From a virus (Duplodnaviria; Caudoviricetes), in the IMG/VR virus record IMGVR_UViG_3300027804_000001, positions 224,001-288,000 of that record: DNA of 64,000 nucleotides; one strand, written 5' to 3'. Below the pieces are notes generated by a model. That model worked only from the letters and a program-made list of their open reading frames with translations. It was not told the origin of the DNA and did no database searches. The translations under genes were made by a program, and so were the position numbers. Position 1 is the first letter of the stretch; every line of letters begins with the position of its first letter. Shown piece after piece: positions 51,901 to 61,450 of the stretch.

Positions 51901-54900
51901 ATGTTATTGGGTAAACGTGCCATGTTCTAAATTTCGATAATTCATTAAGACCTGAATTAGCAAACGTATCTAAAATAACATTACCATCAATCTCCAATCT
52001 AAATTCATTATCAGCACCAATACCGATATAGTAATCACCACCTGTTATACCTGTGATACAAACATTAAATCCTAACCAAGTTTGTAATGGATTATCCACG
52101 TTGTCATTTACACCATCATTTGCCCACAAACCTGTTCTATTTAATGGTCCATTACCGGGGTTGAATATATTATAACCAGTTGTATTTTTCCATAAATCTG
52201 CGGTGTTTAGATGTATCTCTTCTGTCCCTGTTCCGTTTATATTCCAACCTAATTGATAAACAGTTGTTCCACTCATACTATATTCAAAGTATGTTCTTCC
52301 ACTTGCGGTGTAAGGTGTTGTTGGTGCGGTCGCGGAAACAATATCAATTGCCGTACAATAACCTCCATCTATTGGTGTCCATGTATATCCTGAAGGACAA
52401 TCCACACAAGGAATTGCTGTAGGTGTAATAGTATTTGTTGGTGTTATCGTTAACGTTGGTGTTACTGTTTCTGTTGGTGTAATTGTATAAGTCGGTGTAA
52501 TAGTTTGAGTATACGTCGGAGTAATAGTTGGTGTTATCGTTAACGTTGGTGTTATAGTTTGTGTTAGTGTAAACGTCGGCGTTATTGTAAACGTCGGTGT
52601 AATAGTTGTTGTTGGTGTTATTGTATATGTTGGTGTAACAGTTAACGTAGGAGTTACTGTTGGAGTAATTGTAGGAGTTGGTGTTGGTGTTGGGTATGCA
52701 GAATTACAATCTCGATAAGGAGTTATTTCACAATCAACATAACCAGTTGTGTCTCTTTCACTTGATGTTTGTGTGATATCTTGACACAATCCACCATCAT
52801 AATATTGAATAATATATTCATCTAATGTTTTGAACTCGTCATAAACATGTTGTAATAATATTTGGTGATTTGAGTTACCATTAAATGCAATTAAATTTGT
52901 TGGTGTTGTTCCCGATAAATTTAAATTAAAATATAAATCAGATTCACAATACTCTAAATTAACTGAAATAACTTCAATAAGTCTACCACTTTCAGTGATT
53001 AAATAATCACCATGTTCATAATAATCATTTGAATAATCACAACATGGTTCCTCTTGTATTGGTTTTATTTGTAAATGTTCAGGAAATCTTTCAGTAAAGA
53101 AAAATCTTTTTAAATCTATTACTTCATCTGTAGACTCGTCAACATACTTTCTCGTGTAAACTTTAACTTTTGTTGTTTGTAAAATTTCAAACACCTCAAC
53201 ATCTCCATCCTTAGTTGTACCTGTTATGTGATATTTTTTAATTGTTCCCAAACAATCTTTTGCGGTTACTTTTTTGGGTGTGTAATCAAAAACAAATGTG
53301 AAATCATCATTTGTTAAACCATCTACTAATGATTGATTTGATAATTCACTACAATCATTAAATGTTGCCGAAAGAATTGTATCACCTGAAACAATATCTT
53401 TTACATATGTTTTAGTATAACTTGTTAATGTTGTTTGACTACCACCTGTATATTTTAAAACATACGAATTACCACCCAATCCATAATTGAAAGAATTTCT
53501 ATATTGGATTTTAGGTACTAATTTGTAAAGAACTTCATCATCAACCGGTGATGGTGTTAAACCACTATAACCAATCCATTGAATGTTTATACCTTCAAAT
53601 TTTACTTTGGTGTCGCAGTTGGCTGCGTCGGTAAATAAGAAATCAATTTCATCTGTTTCTTTAACATTCGACACCACCCAAACACATTCGTATCCACCAG
53701 GAATATCCATAGTAGAACCATGAACCGTATAACCTGTTGTTTCATTTACACCATATTCACAATTTCTATATACAAATAACGGCCAATTCTTAACTCTATT
53801 TTTCTGAATTATATTGTTAGTATCTCCCGTGATTTTTATTTTTAAATCACCATTTAAAATACATTCAGGTCCATTAGGATAATTTATATCATCACCTGCA
53901 AATAGTCTATTTGGGTCTTCGTCGTCATCCGGGCAATCAAAAGAAAAATCAAGTTCTAATGTACAATCAGCAGGTGTTGTTGCACCGTTTGAAGCAACAA
54001 ATCTGTAATCAAGATATTCTTCAACAGAACAATCATTTGGTCCGTACTTTATAGATGTGAATGTAACTTGTTCGATACCATTTTCATCTGTAAAAAATGA
54101 ATAGGATATTTTTGGTTTTGGAACTTGGGTACATGTACTGCTACTTGTTGCTGCTGTATATGGTGCATATGTATCAATACAACCCGGAGTGTTCATTGTG
54201 TCTTCCGAATTGATTGAATCGATTAAACCAATTAACGCATCAACCCATAAATCTTTAATTGCATTAACATCAGGTTCCAAATAATCTTTATAATCACATA
54301 TTAATGGTAAATGTGTTGATGAGGATGTCGTTCCTGTACAATTATCAATTGGAAATGAGTTAAATAATTTTGCGCTTACTCCTGGTATTGATGTGTTGCC
54401 ACTCACAATAACTTCAAATCCTGATTCAGGCCCACCATATTGAATACCATCAATTTCTATTAATGGATAATAAGTAACGCCAGTTGCATTAATTAAACCT
54501 CTAAAATAATTTTCATGATGACTACCTAATAATTTTTCAAAATCTTCTTCGATTGCCTCTTCAAAACTTGGATAAAGGCTTTCTGTAAAAGTCTTTGGTT
54601 GACAACCGTATCTATATTTGTATTTTGGTCTACCGAAAATATTATTTTCAATTAAATTACCACCAGTCCATAACGTTGTTGATGGTATAACTTGATCTAA
54701 TACTTGAGTCCAATATGGACTCATCTTATTGATAAATTCGTTTAAATCCGGTATAGTATATGGTACAAAATCAGTTGAACTTACATAATCTTGATAAATG
54801 TCTTCAAGTTTTATGTAATTCTTTTTGTATTTGATAATGTGTGAGTTTTTAATTTGTGTACTCAACATTTTATCAACATATTCCGCAAATGTAACACCTG

Positions 54901-56923
54901 TTTGTGGTTCTAATGTTGCACTACCAAATGATATCTCTAACTCTCTTGACTTTCTCCATATATCATAGTTGATAGCATTTGCAGAAGAAAGATACACTTC
55001 AATATTTTTTCTATTGAATATAAATGAAGAATATTCGTCAGCTATTTGTCTTTGTCTGTTATCTAATTTACTAACAATTTCGTAACCAGTGTCTAAACCG
55101 GGTAAACTTCTATAGATATCAAAATAATCTTCACCATAAGTAAAAGATTTATTTTTTGTTTTAATTGTTTTGGTTCTTCCCGTTAAATTAGACTTATCAC
55201 CATCAATTATGTCTATTGATCTGTGATCTAATGTTATATCATACCAACCCGCACCTTTTTGGAAAAACGTGTTAGATGATTCGTCAAACGCCGTTTTTGG
55301 TATTTTAGTACCTTCAACAATTGGGTACGTTTCGGATGTGAAAGTTGTTGATGCCTTAGTTGAAGATATTGAATAGGTATAACCACTCGGAATAAATTCT
55401 GCAACATTGTATGTTTTTGTTCCTGCAATAACATCATAGATATCACTATCTAAATCAAATGATTTTGGTAATGAGGTTATTTGATAAACAAATTCATTAA
55501 TTTTAATCATTGGTTCAGGTGCACCTAAGAACTTTAAGAAAAATTCTATTGATGAACGTGTACCTTTTGATTTATATATGTGAGATAGATTAACTAATAA
55601 TCTTCTATAAAATTCGTTTTCTGCGTCAACAACGTTTTTACCAATTGTTAGACCGATATATTGTGTGTCTTGTCTTGTGTATAATAAATCTTCTAATTTA
55701 TTTTCATCAAATAAATTTACAGTAGATAAACCTAAGGTGTTTGATAAATTTTTTAATAATATATCGGGTAAGTTATTAATACCATCATAACTTACATTTC
55801 TCATGTAAGCAATGTTTTCAATATATTTTTTTACTTTATCGAAACTATGTCCATATAATTGGAAAATCGCTTCAGCCTTCTTGTCATCAGTATCAAACTC
55901 AAATAACTGTGGAGAAGACATAAATCTAACAAATAAATTAGATTTATAATCATCTATTTCGTCAGCCAAATTTGATAATTGTTCGATATATAAATCATAA
56001 TCAATACCAACAATTTTAACGTTCCAATTATCTTTTGAAAGTGGCCATGTTACTTCAACATCACTAAGTACTGTGTTTGAACTATCTATACTATCTTTTG
56101 GTACACTAAATGTTGCGGTGTATTTTGGATTTGTATCTCTATCAATTAAACATTGTTCTAATTCATCTAAATTAGAAAAGAAGTCTTCAACCAAACCATT
56201 ATTTGGTCTTATTAATATGTTCTCACTATAATTTGTGTTAGTTCCAAATGGTTTACCCTTAACCTTTAATACGATTTTATAATCGGTACTAGGTTCGGTA
56301 TAATTTATAATGTCATAAGTGATACCACTTATTTCTATAACATACTTTGTATATGAAGAATAAAAATTTCTTAATGTGTTTGTGGTGTTTGGGTCGACTT
56401 GACTATTTGGTGTTACAAATATTACATCGAGTGGATTGTATAATCTACCAAAGTCAACCTCGAATTGTGTGGTGTTTAAATTAATGTCATAAACAACATT
56501 ATCTACAGTATAATCTGATGACCTTACTGAACTGTTTTTATCAATTAAAACACCAGCCGGAAACTTTTCAATTATATTTCCTAATGTTGCACCAATTCTA
56601 CTTTTTAATGAACCAAATAATGATTTACCCGCATCATTTTTTGATGACCTAAATTTTACCTCTTTATTTTCATTTGAAGTACCATTTGGGTTATTTTGGT
56701 CATTTGACTTATATTTTTCTTCTTTTAAATCGTCTAAGGTTAGAAAATCAGAAAATTGTCCAGAACGAAATGTTTTCACATCTCTTTCAGGGATAGATCT
56801 GTCAATAGCGAAGTTAGTATTAGTCAATTGACTAGTACCATCGGTAATTTGTCTACCGACTAAACTATCACTAAACGTTTCAGACCCATTCGCCGCCTGA
56901 CTTGGAACTTTTCTTCTTGCCAT
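48938..56923 (-). CDS. giant baseplate-wedge-like protein with Cys-rich domains, PA14-like domain and Thr-Pro stalks
   Basis: 2661 aa; LPDILL...LSNTLG and IYKSKGTRSSIEFFLKFLG wedge-type motif; ADNEFRLEIDG...LTAGDHII; long TP tracts. Confidence 0.65.
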   Translation of the reverse strand: MARRKVPSQAANGSETFSDSLVGRQITDGTSQLTNTNFAIDRSIPERDVKTFRSGQFSDFLTLDDLKEEKYKSNDQNNPNGTSNENKEVKFRSSKNDAGKSLFGSLKSRIGATLGNIIEKFPAGVLIDKNSSVRSSDYTVDNVVYDINLNTTQFEVDFGRLYNPLDVIFVTPNSQVDPNTTNTLRNFYSSYTKYVIEISGITYDIINYTEPSTDYKIVLKVKGKPFGTNTNYSENILIRPNNGLVEDFFSNLDELEQCLIDRDTNPKYTATFSVPKDSIDSSNTVLSDVEVTWPLSKDNWNVKIVGIDYDLYIEQLSNLADEIDDYKSNLFVRFMSSPQLFEFDTDDKKAEAIFQLYGHSFDKVKKYIENIAYMRNVSYDGINNLPDILLKNLSNTLGLSTVNLFDENKLEDLLYTRQDTQYIGLTIGKNVVDAENEFYRRLLVNLSHIYKSKGTRSSIEFFLKFLGAPEPMIKINEFVYQITSLPKSFDLDSDIYDVIAGTKTYNVAEFIPSGYTYSISSTKASTTFTSETYPIVEGTKIPKTAFDESSNTFFQKGAGWYDITLDHRSIDIIDGDKSNLTGRTKTIKTKNKSFTYGEDYFDIYRSLPGLDTGYEIVSKLDNRQRQIADEYSSFIFNRKNIEVYLSSANAINYDIWRKSRELEISFGSATLEPQTGVTFAEYVDKMLSTQIKNSHIIKYKKNYIKLEDIYQDYVSSTDFVPYTIPDLNEFINKMSPYWTQVLDQVIPSTTLWTGGNLIENNIFGRPKYKYRYGCQPKTFTESLYPSFEEAIEEDFEKLLGSHHENYFRGLINATGVTYYPLIEIDGIQYGGPESGFEVIVSGNTSIPGVSAKLFNSFPIDNCTGTTSSSTHLPLICDYKDYLEPDVNAIKDLWVDALIGLIDSINSEDTMNTPGCIDTYAPYTAATSSSTCTQVPKPKISYSFFTDENGIEQVTFTSIKYGPNDCSVEEYLDYRFVASNGATTPADCTLELDFSFDCPDDDEDPNRLFAGDDINYPNGPECILNGDLKIKITGDTNNIIQKNRVKNWPLFVYRNCEYGVNETTGYTVHGSTMDIPGGYECVWVVSNVKETDEIDFLFTDAANCDTKVKFEGINIQWIGYSGLTPSPVDDEVLYKLVPKIQYRNSFNYGLGGNSYVLKYTGGSQTTLTSYTKTYVKDIVSGDTILSATFNDCSELSNQSLVDGLTNDDFTFVFDYTPKKVTAKDCLGTIKKYHITGTTKDGDVEVFEILQTTKVKVYTRKYVDESTDEVIDLKRFFFTERFPEHLQIKPIQEEPCCDYSNDYYEHGDYLITESGRLIEVISVNLEYCESDLYFNLNLSGTTPTNLIAFNGNSNHQILLQHVYDEFKTLDEYIIQYYDGGLCQDITQTSSERDTTGYVDCEITPYRDCNSAYPTPTPTPTITPTVTPTLTVTPTYTITPTTTITPTFTITPTFTLTQTITPTLTITPTITPTYTQTITPTYTITPTETVTPTLTITPTNTITPTAIPCVDCPSGYTWTPIDGGYCTAIDIVSATAPTTPYTASGRTYFEYSMSGTTVYQLGWNINGTGTEEIHLNTADLWKNTTGYNIFNPGNGPLNRTGLWANDGVNDNVDNPLQTWLGFNVCITGITGGDYYIGIGADNEFRLEIDGNVILDTFANSGLNELSKFRTWHVYPITLTAGDHIIGLYGYNLTGNQTNPASFGCEIYDNTLPQLTGATSINDLNVIFSSSDFIGQTIPVIKDINGNYLSSGYTCPSGYEYAPCDGNCWKLIYCPETPTPTPTPTFTITPTITPTFTVTPTITPTYTQTLTPTYTITPTLTPDCEFIVDTTYVAATPTPTVTPTFTITPTFTITPTYTITPTITQTLTPTYTITPTLTPACDFVVNATYVAPTPTPTVTPTHTITPTLTPTLTITPTQTVTPTFTITPTFTPTITPTYTITPTLTPDCQFIVSTTYVAPTPTPTQSITPTITPTLTITPTFTITPTETVTPTYTITPTYTITPTITPTYTITPTYTITPTFTITPTITPTFTPACDFNVDTTYVAPTPTPTVTPTYTITPTQTVTPTFTVTPTYTITPTQTCDPFVTQYLRVRLLGCSNFDIQLFNNPDLTDNANAICDYIVSGTAYGDLGTVFNGTETIAYNDHTHGFNIGAGLLPGECVSGFTVNSVTPQCDCVNVVILPITPTPTITPTYTITPTLTVTPTITPTFTVTPTLTPACEFTVTTTYVAPTPTPTVTPTYTITPTFTITPTITPTYTITPTYTITPTQTLSPTITPTLTITPTFTITPTQTITPTLTVTPTITPTYTITPTLTPACDFNVDTTYVAPTPTPTVTPTYTITPTYTITPTITPTYTITPTFTITPTQTVSQTITPTLTITPTLTITPTYTITPTVTVSPTITPTYTITPTLTPACDFTVSTTYVAPTPTPTITPTFTITPTFTITPTVTVSPTITPTLTITPTIDCSFAASFSEYVPSVTTTPTITPTMTITPTPLPVSGLTWTTYTNVTGFSQCLYVDPTVSAQNRINAGWAISNLNQTVRFNVSNSSNCPNGTCNQTQIGWAEATITVGPQNTNMSLDFSGLAELQDTNFENIKFKLNGTEIARATSQDLNQGCAMGPVIKTFTVPSPYLLAANSVHTLRIEFTTNDALYHVNSYYQVELGFNTV
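49460..52695 (-). repeat. interrupted T-[IVL]-T-P-T-[YF] coding repeat region
   Basis: Tracts at about 52420-52695, 50690-51605 and 49460-50390. Confidence 0.9.
51252..51346. repeat. 95-bp exact repeat, copy 2
   Basis: Identical to 48468-48562. Confidence 0.85.
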
Positions 56924-57840
56924 TATTGGGTAATATCATCGAAATTTAGTGTCTCGTCAATATCAGTTTTTTCTTCCCTAACTTCATAAAGGGTTTCGTT
57001 AAACTCATCCTTAACTTCGTATAGGTTGTATTGTTTGTAGATACTGTTATTGTTGTTATTATCGTAAATGGTGTAGATACCAGAAGAAACTGCTTTAGTT
57101 TGGTTACCATAAAGTGCGTGTGCCAATGTAGACGCATCATGTTCAACCATTTCAATTTCTATGGTAGTAGGATTAAAAAATGTATTTGTTAATATAATAT
57201 TTTGAGCGGGTTGACCTATAAAAGGTACAACATTTGGTCTACTACCCGGTGCAGAAGATGGTGTAACAGTCAAAAACATTAAGTTTGTTGCACTGTTACT
57301 ATATTGATATCTTATTGCTTTTTGTGTTGTACTCGTTAAGTTTGAAACAACGGGAGTACAATAAAATGATGACGTAACAATTCTATAAAAATTTGTAAGT
57401 TTTGTTCCATCATTATTCAAATATTCAATTCTATAACCTATTAAACCTTGTGGTGTAAATTTACCTCTATCATCATCAGAAACGTTTGATAAATCAATTA
57501 CCAAACCTCTTACAGAGGGTAAAGAAGCCAAAATACCACAATCCGTGATTGAGGTTCTTATTTGTTTTGGTCTGATGTGAAGTGTATACACTCCTAAATC
57601 AGAAAAATCAGTAGAACTTAGTTTTAAATTATAAAGACCACCCAAAATTTCTGTACCTGTTTGGGCGTTTGTATCTGTATCAGAATTATGATATATTGGT
57701 GTTAAAATTTCCTGAGATGATAACTTCGTTAAAGTTACCTCCGCGGTTGACAACCTATTTGGTGCATAATGAAGAAATATATCCACATCTGCTGGAGACA
57801 CATCTGCTGGTCTTATTGTTCCGTAACTACCTACTGCCAT
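56923..57840 (-). CDS. putative virion structural protein
   Basis: 305 aa in the structural block, with an upstream TATTTAT motif. Confidence 0.7.
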   Translation of the reverse strand: MAVGSYGTIRPADVSPADVDIFLHYAPNRLSTAEVTLTKLSSQEILTPIYHNSDTDTNAQTGTEILGGLYNLKLSSTDFSDLGVYTLHIRPKQIRTSITDCGILASLPSVRGLVIDLSNVSDDDRGKFTPQGLIGYRIEYLNNDGTKLTNFYRIVTSSFYCTPVVSNLTSTTQKAIRYQYSNSATNLMFLTVTPSSAPGSRPNVVPFIGQPAQNIILTNTFFNPTTIEIEMVEHDASTLAHALYGNQTKAVSSGIYTIYDNNNNNSIYKQYNLYEVKDEFNETLYEVREEKTDIDETLNFDDITQ

Positions 57841-57865
57841 ATCTTTTTATTAATAAATATAATTT

Positions 57866-58843
57866 TTATTGTTTCCTAACGTTAAAATATCCATTTCCAT
57901 ACACAGATAATTCTCCCATGTTATCGATTTCTCCTAATCTTAATGTTTTTTCCAAAACCCCTTGTTTTCCTCTCTCCACAAAAATGTCAGAATAAATTGT
58001 TGGGTCTTCAACAAAACCCAAAAAATGTTCATTTCTGGTTATCATTTCATTTATGATTTCCTCTTTAGTAAATCCTGTGGTGTTTCCTGTAATAAGAGTT
58101 GTTCCATCCTCATAATCTCTATAATAAACTGTGGTCGTTCCTGTTGTATTTCCCGTATATGTGAAACTATATCCCGTATAATTTCCAACATCATCTGTAC
58201 CCGATGTTGTACCTGAATAAGATGTTGATCCATATTTTCTTTTCTCTTCTATTCTACTACCACCAATACCCAAATAATTAAACGTTGTGTTTCCTGTTGG
58301 GGGATTAAATTCCTCATCAGATAAATAATTTTGTGTTCTACCACTTTCTAAATAATATTCTGTTGGTGTTATGTTATAATATGGTAAACTTGTACCTGTA
58401 TATACGAATATACCCAATGGGTCGGCTACCGAAATATCTTTTGGTATTGTTACTTGTTTACTTAATTTTTGTGTGGCCCAAGGAGCATCTAAAGTAATTG
58501 ATATTGTATACCCACTTGATGTTGAGTATGTATGAGATATTGTTGGAAAGTTTGTTCCAACTACTCCACTATTAACAGTTAAACCTGATATGTTTCCATC
58601 CCCCCAATTAATTGTAAATGTTTGTTCAACTATTTTTCTTAGTTTATCGGGATTAACAGTATTATATACTTGTATTGTACTTCCTGTTTGTGTATACGAA
58701 AAATTACATAGTTGTTCCACTTGTTCAATGTCACCATCAAACCCCACCATAACACCCATTTCATCAACCAAAGATTCTAAAAATATTGGTAGACTGTAAG
58801 TTGTACCTGTTTGTTTTAATATTTCGTATCTATTCTTATTCAT
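57866..58843 (-). CDS. putative virion structural protein with PKD-like motif
   Basis: 325 aa; INWGDG...SHTYSTSSGYTISIT. Confidence 0.7.
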   Translation of the reverse strand: MNKNRYEILKQTGTTYSLPIFLESLVDEMGVMVGFDGDIEQVEQLCNFSYTQTGSTIQVYNTVNPDKLRKIVEQTFTINWGDGNISGLTVNSGVVGTNFPTISHTYSTSSGYTISITLDAPWATQKLSKQVTIPKDISVADPLGIFVYTGTSLPYYNITPTEYYLESGRTQNYLSDEEFNPPTGNTTFNYLGIGGSRIEEKRKYGSTSYSGTTSGTDDVGNYTGYSFTYTGNTTGTTTVYYRDYEDGTTLITGNTTGFTKEEIINEMITRNEHFLGFVEDPTIYSDIFVERGKQGVLEKTLRLGEIDNMGELSVYGNGYFNVRKQ

Positions 58844-58850
58844 TTATAAA

Positions 58851-59693
58851 TTACTTTGTTGCCGTTCCGTCATTAAAATTGCAATCACTACAACCAATCT
58901 GATAAACATAACCGTATTCTGTATCTTCTTTATTGATTTGAACACAGTAATACATATCATCACTCTCATTCACTTCATTTCCACCTGTTATACCTTTTTG
59001 AAAAAACAAAATAGGATTCATAGATGTGCCGATTCTTTGAGATGGGTCTGTTCCTGATAGTGTTATCATGTTTTTATTTGTAAAATCCACAATAGACCCA
59101 TCTTCCGCATTAAAAAATTTTGCGGTCATATAAAAAGTATTTCCTTTTAGTAACTCTTCACTAAAAACGGAATCATCTGCAAACCAAAACAAATACATGT
59201 TTTCTTTATTTCTGTAATTTGAACCCATAAAAACAGGTTTAAAAATGTAATCATTTAATGTTGTATAAAAATATTTTTCACCTAATGGTAATGCTAAGTT
59301 TTTAGTAAAAACTAGTTTTCTATTAGATCTACTGGGTTCATCGTTGTTTGGTGTTTTGTAAAACTCAAGTCTAAAAAAACTTTCAGTAGTTTGTCTTAAC
59401 ATTTGTGCGTTTTCGTTAGCACTTAAACCAGTTGGTTCATAGTCTTGAACATATGTTGAACCGCTGATGAAATGAAATTTAAACCATATATCTGATTGTA
59501 ATAAACCTAGATTAGATGTGTAGGGTTTGTGAATATATCTTATTGTTTCATAATTTTGAGTGGGATTAATTATAGTTTTTAATGTTTCCTTTTCCATTTC
59601 CTCAGCATTATCCTGCCATCCAAGGTCAGTTTTGAAAACATCCTCAACATTTAAAATTATTTTTTGGTCAATATCTTTTCTTAATATTTTCAT
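58851..59693 (-). CDS. putative virion structural protein
   Basis: TAATG overlap with the upstream gene; start trimmed to ATG at 59693. Confidence 0.7.
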   Translation of the reverse strand: MKILRKDIDQKIILNVEDVFKTDLGWQDNAEEMEKETLKTIINPTQNYETIRYIHKPYTSNLGLLQSDIWFKFHFISGSTYVQDYEPTGLSANENAQMLRQTTESFFRLEFYKTPNNDEPSRSNRKLVFTKNLALPLGEKYFYTTLNDYIFKPVFMGSNYRNKENMYLFWFADDSVFSEELLKGNTFYMTAKFFNAEDGSIVDFTNKNMITLSGTDPSQRIGTSMNPILFFQKGITGGNEVNESDDMYYCVQINKEDTEYGYVYQIGCSDCNFNDGTATK

Positions 59694-61450
59694 TAACAAA
59701 TATTATTTTTGTCAAACTTTTTAATTCCGTTAGTTTTATTTACATAATCCTTATCACTTCTTAAATAGAAATTTATATCATTTTTTATATAATGAATGTT
59801 GTTTATAAATGGATAATTTGTTCCGTACCCATCTTGGTCAACAAATCCTTGGTCATATAAGTCTCTCCATTTCCAAAGTCCCTCTTTTTCAAAATATTTT
59901 ACATTCTCAGGTAAATCAAGAATTTCATCTGTGTCAGATGTTTCTACATAAGGAGATAGTTGTCTTACTTTAACTCTATAGAATGGTTGATAATACCAAC
60001 CCACCAAATTGTTATTTGATGAACCAGAATAAACTGCACCACTGTTTTGTCCAAAATTGAACACTGACATTGGGCAACTGAATTTGTGAAATGCTTCACT
60101 TATTATTCTCTCCTTTAATTCACTTTCGTTATATTCAACAAAGGCACCTGTCAAACCTGTTGTTCCTATTGACAGGGGTTCTCCAACAGTAAAAGTTTCA
60201 GGACCACTATTACTGGTTAATGTTGATGTTGGAATTCCTAATTGTTGTGATGTTGTTCCACTAAAGTGACTATCAGCCCAACTATCATGAAAATTAAATT
60301 TCCAACCAACTTTAGGTGGGTATGTAAAATATCCATTACCATTTCTTAATAATATTGTAACATATAAATCTGTTGGTGTGTAATCATGATTATTTGTAAT
60401 ACCTGTTAAGGTATATGGATTAACAAAGTCATATACAACAGATTCCATTCTATTTCTTTCTACCACTACATCATTATCACCCACATTATTTTCAAAAAGA
60501 ACTTTTTTTTCTTCTTCCCAAATTGGAGTTTCAAATCCAACTTTGTCCATAATATAATCTTTACTTGTTGTTAAGATTTTATGTTTATGAACATAATATT
60601 GTGATGTTGTTCCTGATATATTATTTTTATCTAAACATCTTTTACCTAATACAACTGTATTGTTTGATAACGTCAAACCTGTGGGTACATCATTATTTAA
60701 AATGTTAATTACATATTTTTCAGAATCATAAATTTCGTCACCAAGTTCGGTTATGAAAATTGCTTTATCGTTTATAACAATATATTCACCTTTAGACATT
60801 CCATGTTCTACTGGTGAAGTTAATGTTGTATATGTTGCACCTGTTAATACCCTAAATGGTATACCTTCACCAGAATTAAAACAATACGTTTTTCCGTCTC
60901 CACATCCACTTGTTGTACCTGATAATGTATATTTTATTGGATGATTACTATCGTGTCCATAAACATAACTTAAATAAATGTTCCAATTATGATAAGGAGC
61001 TTCGATTGGTGTGATACTTGTATGTCCTGTATAACCAGTCGTAATTATTGATGGTGAATATGATGATAATGATGAACCTGTAATAGATAAAGGGTTAATT
61101 ATTTCTCTAACAACATCGTTTCTTAAAAGTGCAAATTCATTATAAGGTAAAAATCCTGTTGGGTCTCCGTCGGAACCATCACCCACTAAATAAAGATATT
61201 TGTTTAGTGGGTCATATGATGAAACACCTGAATATGTGTTTTTAAAAATCATTCTTATTTTACCATGTATTTTATAATTTTTACTTTCGTTTCTTTCTTT
61301 GTAAAAGAGTTCATTTATATCTAAAATAATGTTTCTCTCACCTTCACGTAAAAGATTTTTCTGTTCGTCTAAATTTAAACGAATATCAATATCTTCCGCA
61401 TCCGCATTAGCAAATCTTTTTGTTGGTAATATGATTTTCTTTTTTTCCAT
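59693..61450 (-). CDS. putative virion structural protein
   Basis: 585 aa, coupled on both sides. Confidence 0.75.
   Translation of the reverse strand: MEKKKIILPTKRFANADAEDIDIRLNLDEQKNLLREGERNIILDINELFYKERNESKNYKIHGKIRMIFKNTYSGVSSYDPLNKYLYLVGDGSDGDPTGFLPYNEFALLRNDVVREIINPLSITGSSLSSYSPSIITTGYTGHTSITPIEAPYHNWNIYLSYVYGHDSNHPIKYTLSGTTSGCGDGKTYCFNSGEGIPFRVLTGATYTTLTSPVEHGMSKGEYIVINDKAIFITELGDEIYDSEKYVINILNNDVPTGLTLSNNTVVLGKRCLDKNNISGTTSQYYVHKHKILTTSKDYIMDKVGFETPIWEEEKKVLFENNVGDNDVVVERNRMESVVYDFVNPYTLTGITNNHDYTPTDLYVTILLRNGNGYFTYPPKVGWKFNFHDSWADSHFSGTTSQQLGIPTSTLTSNSGPETFTVGEPLSIGTTGLTGAFVEYNESELKERIISEAFHKFSCPMSVFNFGQNSGAVYSGSSNNNLVGWYYQPFYRVKVRQLSPYVETSDTDEILDLPENVKYFEKEGLWKWRDLYDQGFVDQDGYGTNYPFINNIHYIKNDINFYLRSDKDYVNKTNGIKKFDKNNIC

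Noticed and set aside
6680-52695. Repeat arrays as possible CRISPR arrays
   Set aside because: Units are 9- or 18-bp degenerate in-frame codon repeats with no constant repeat/unique spacer structure and no cas genes
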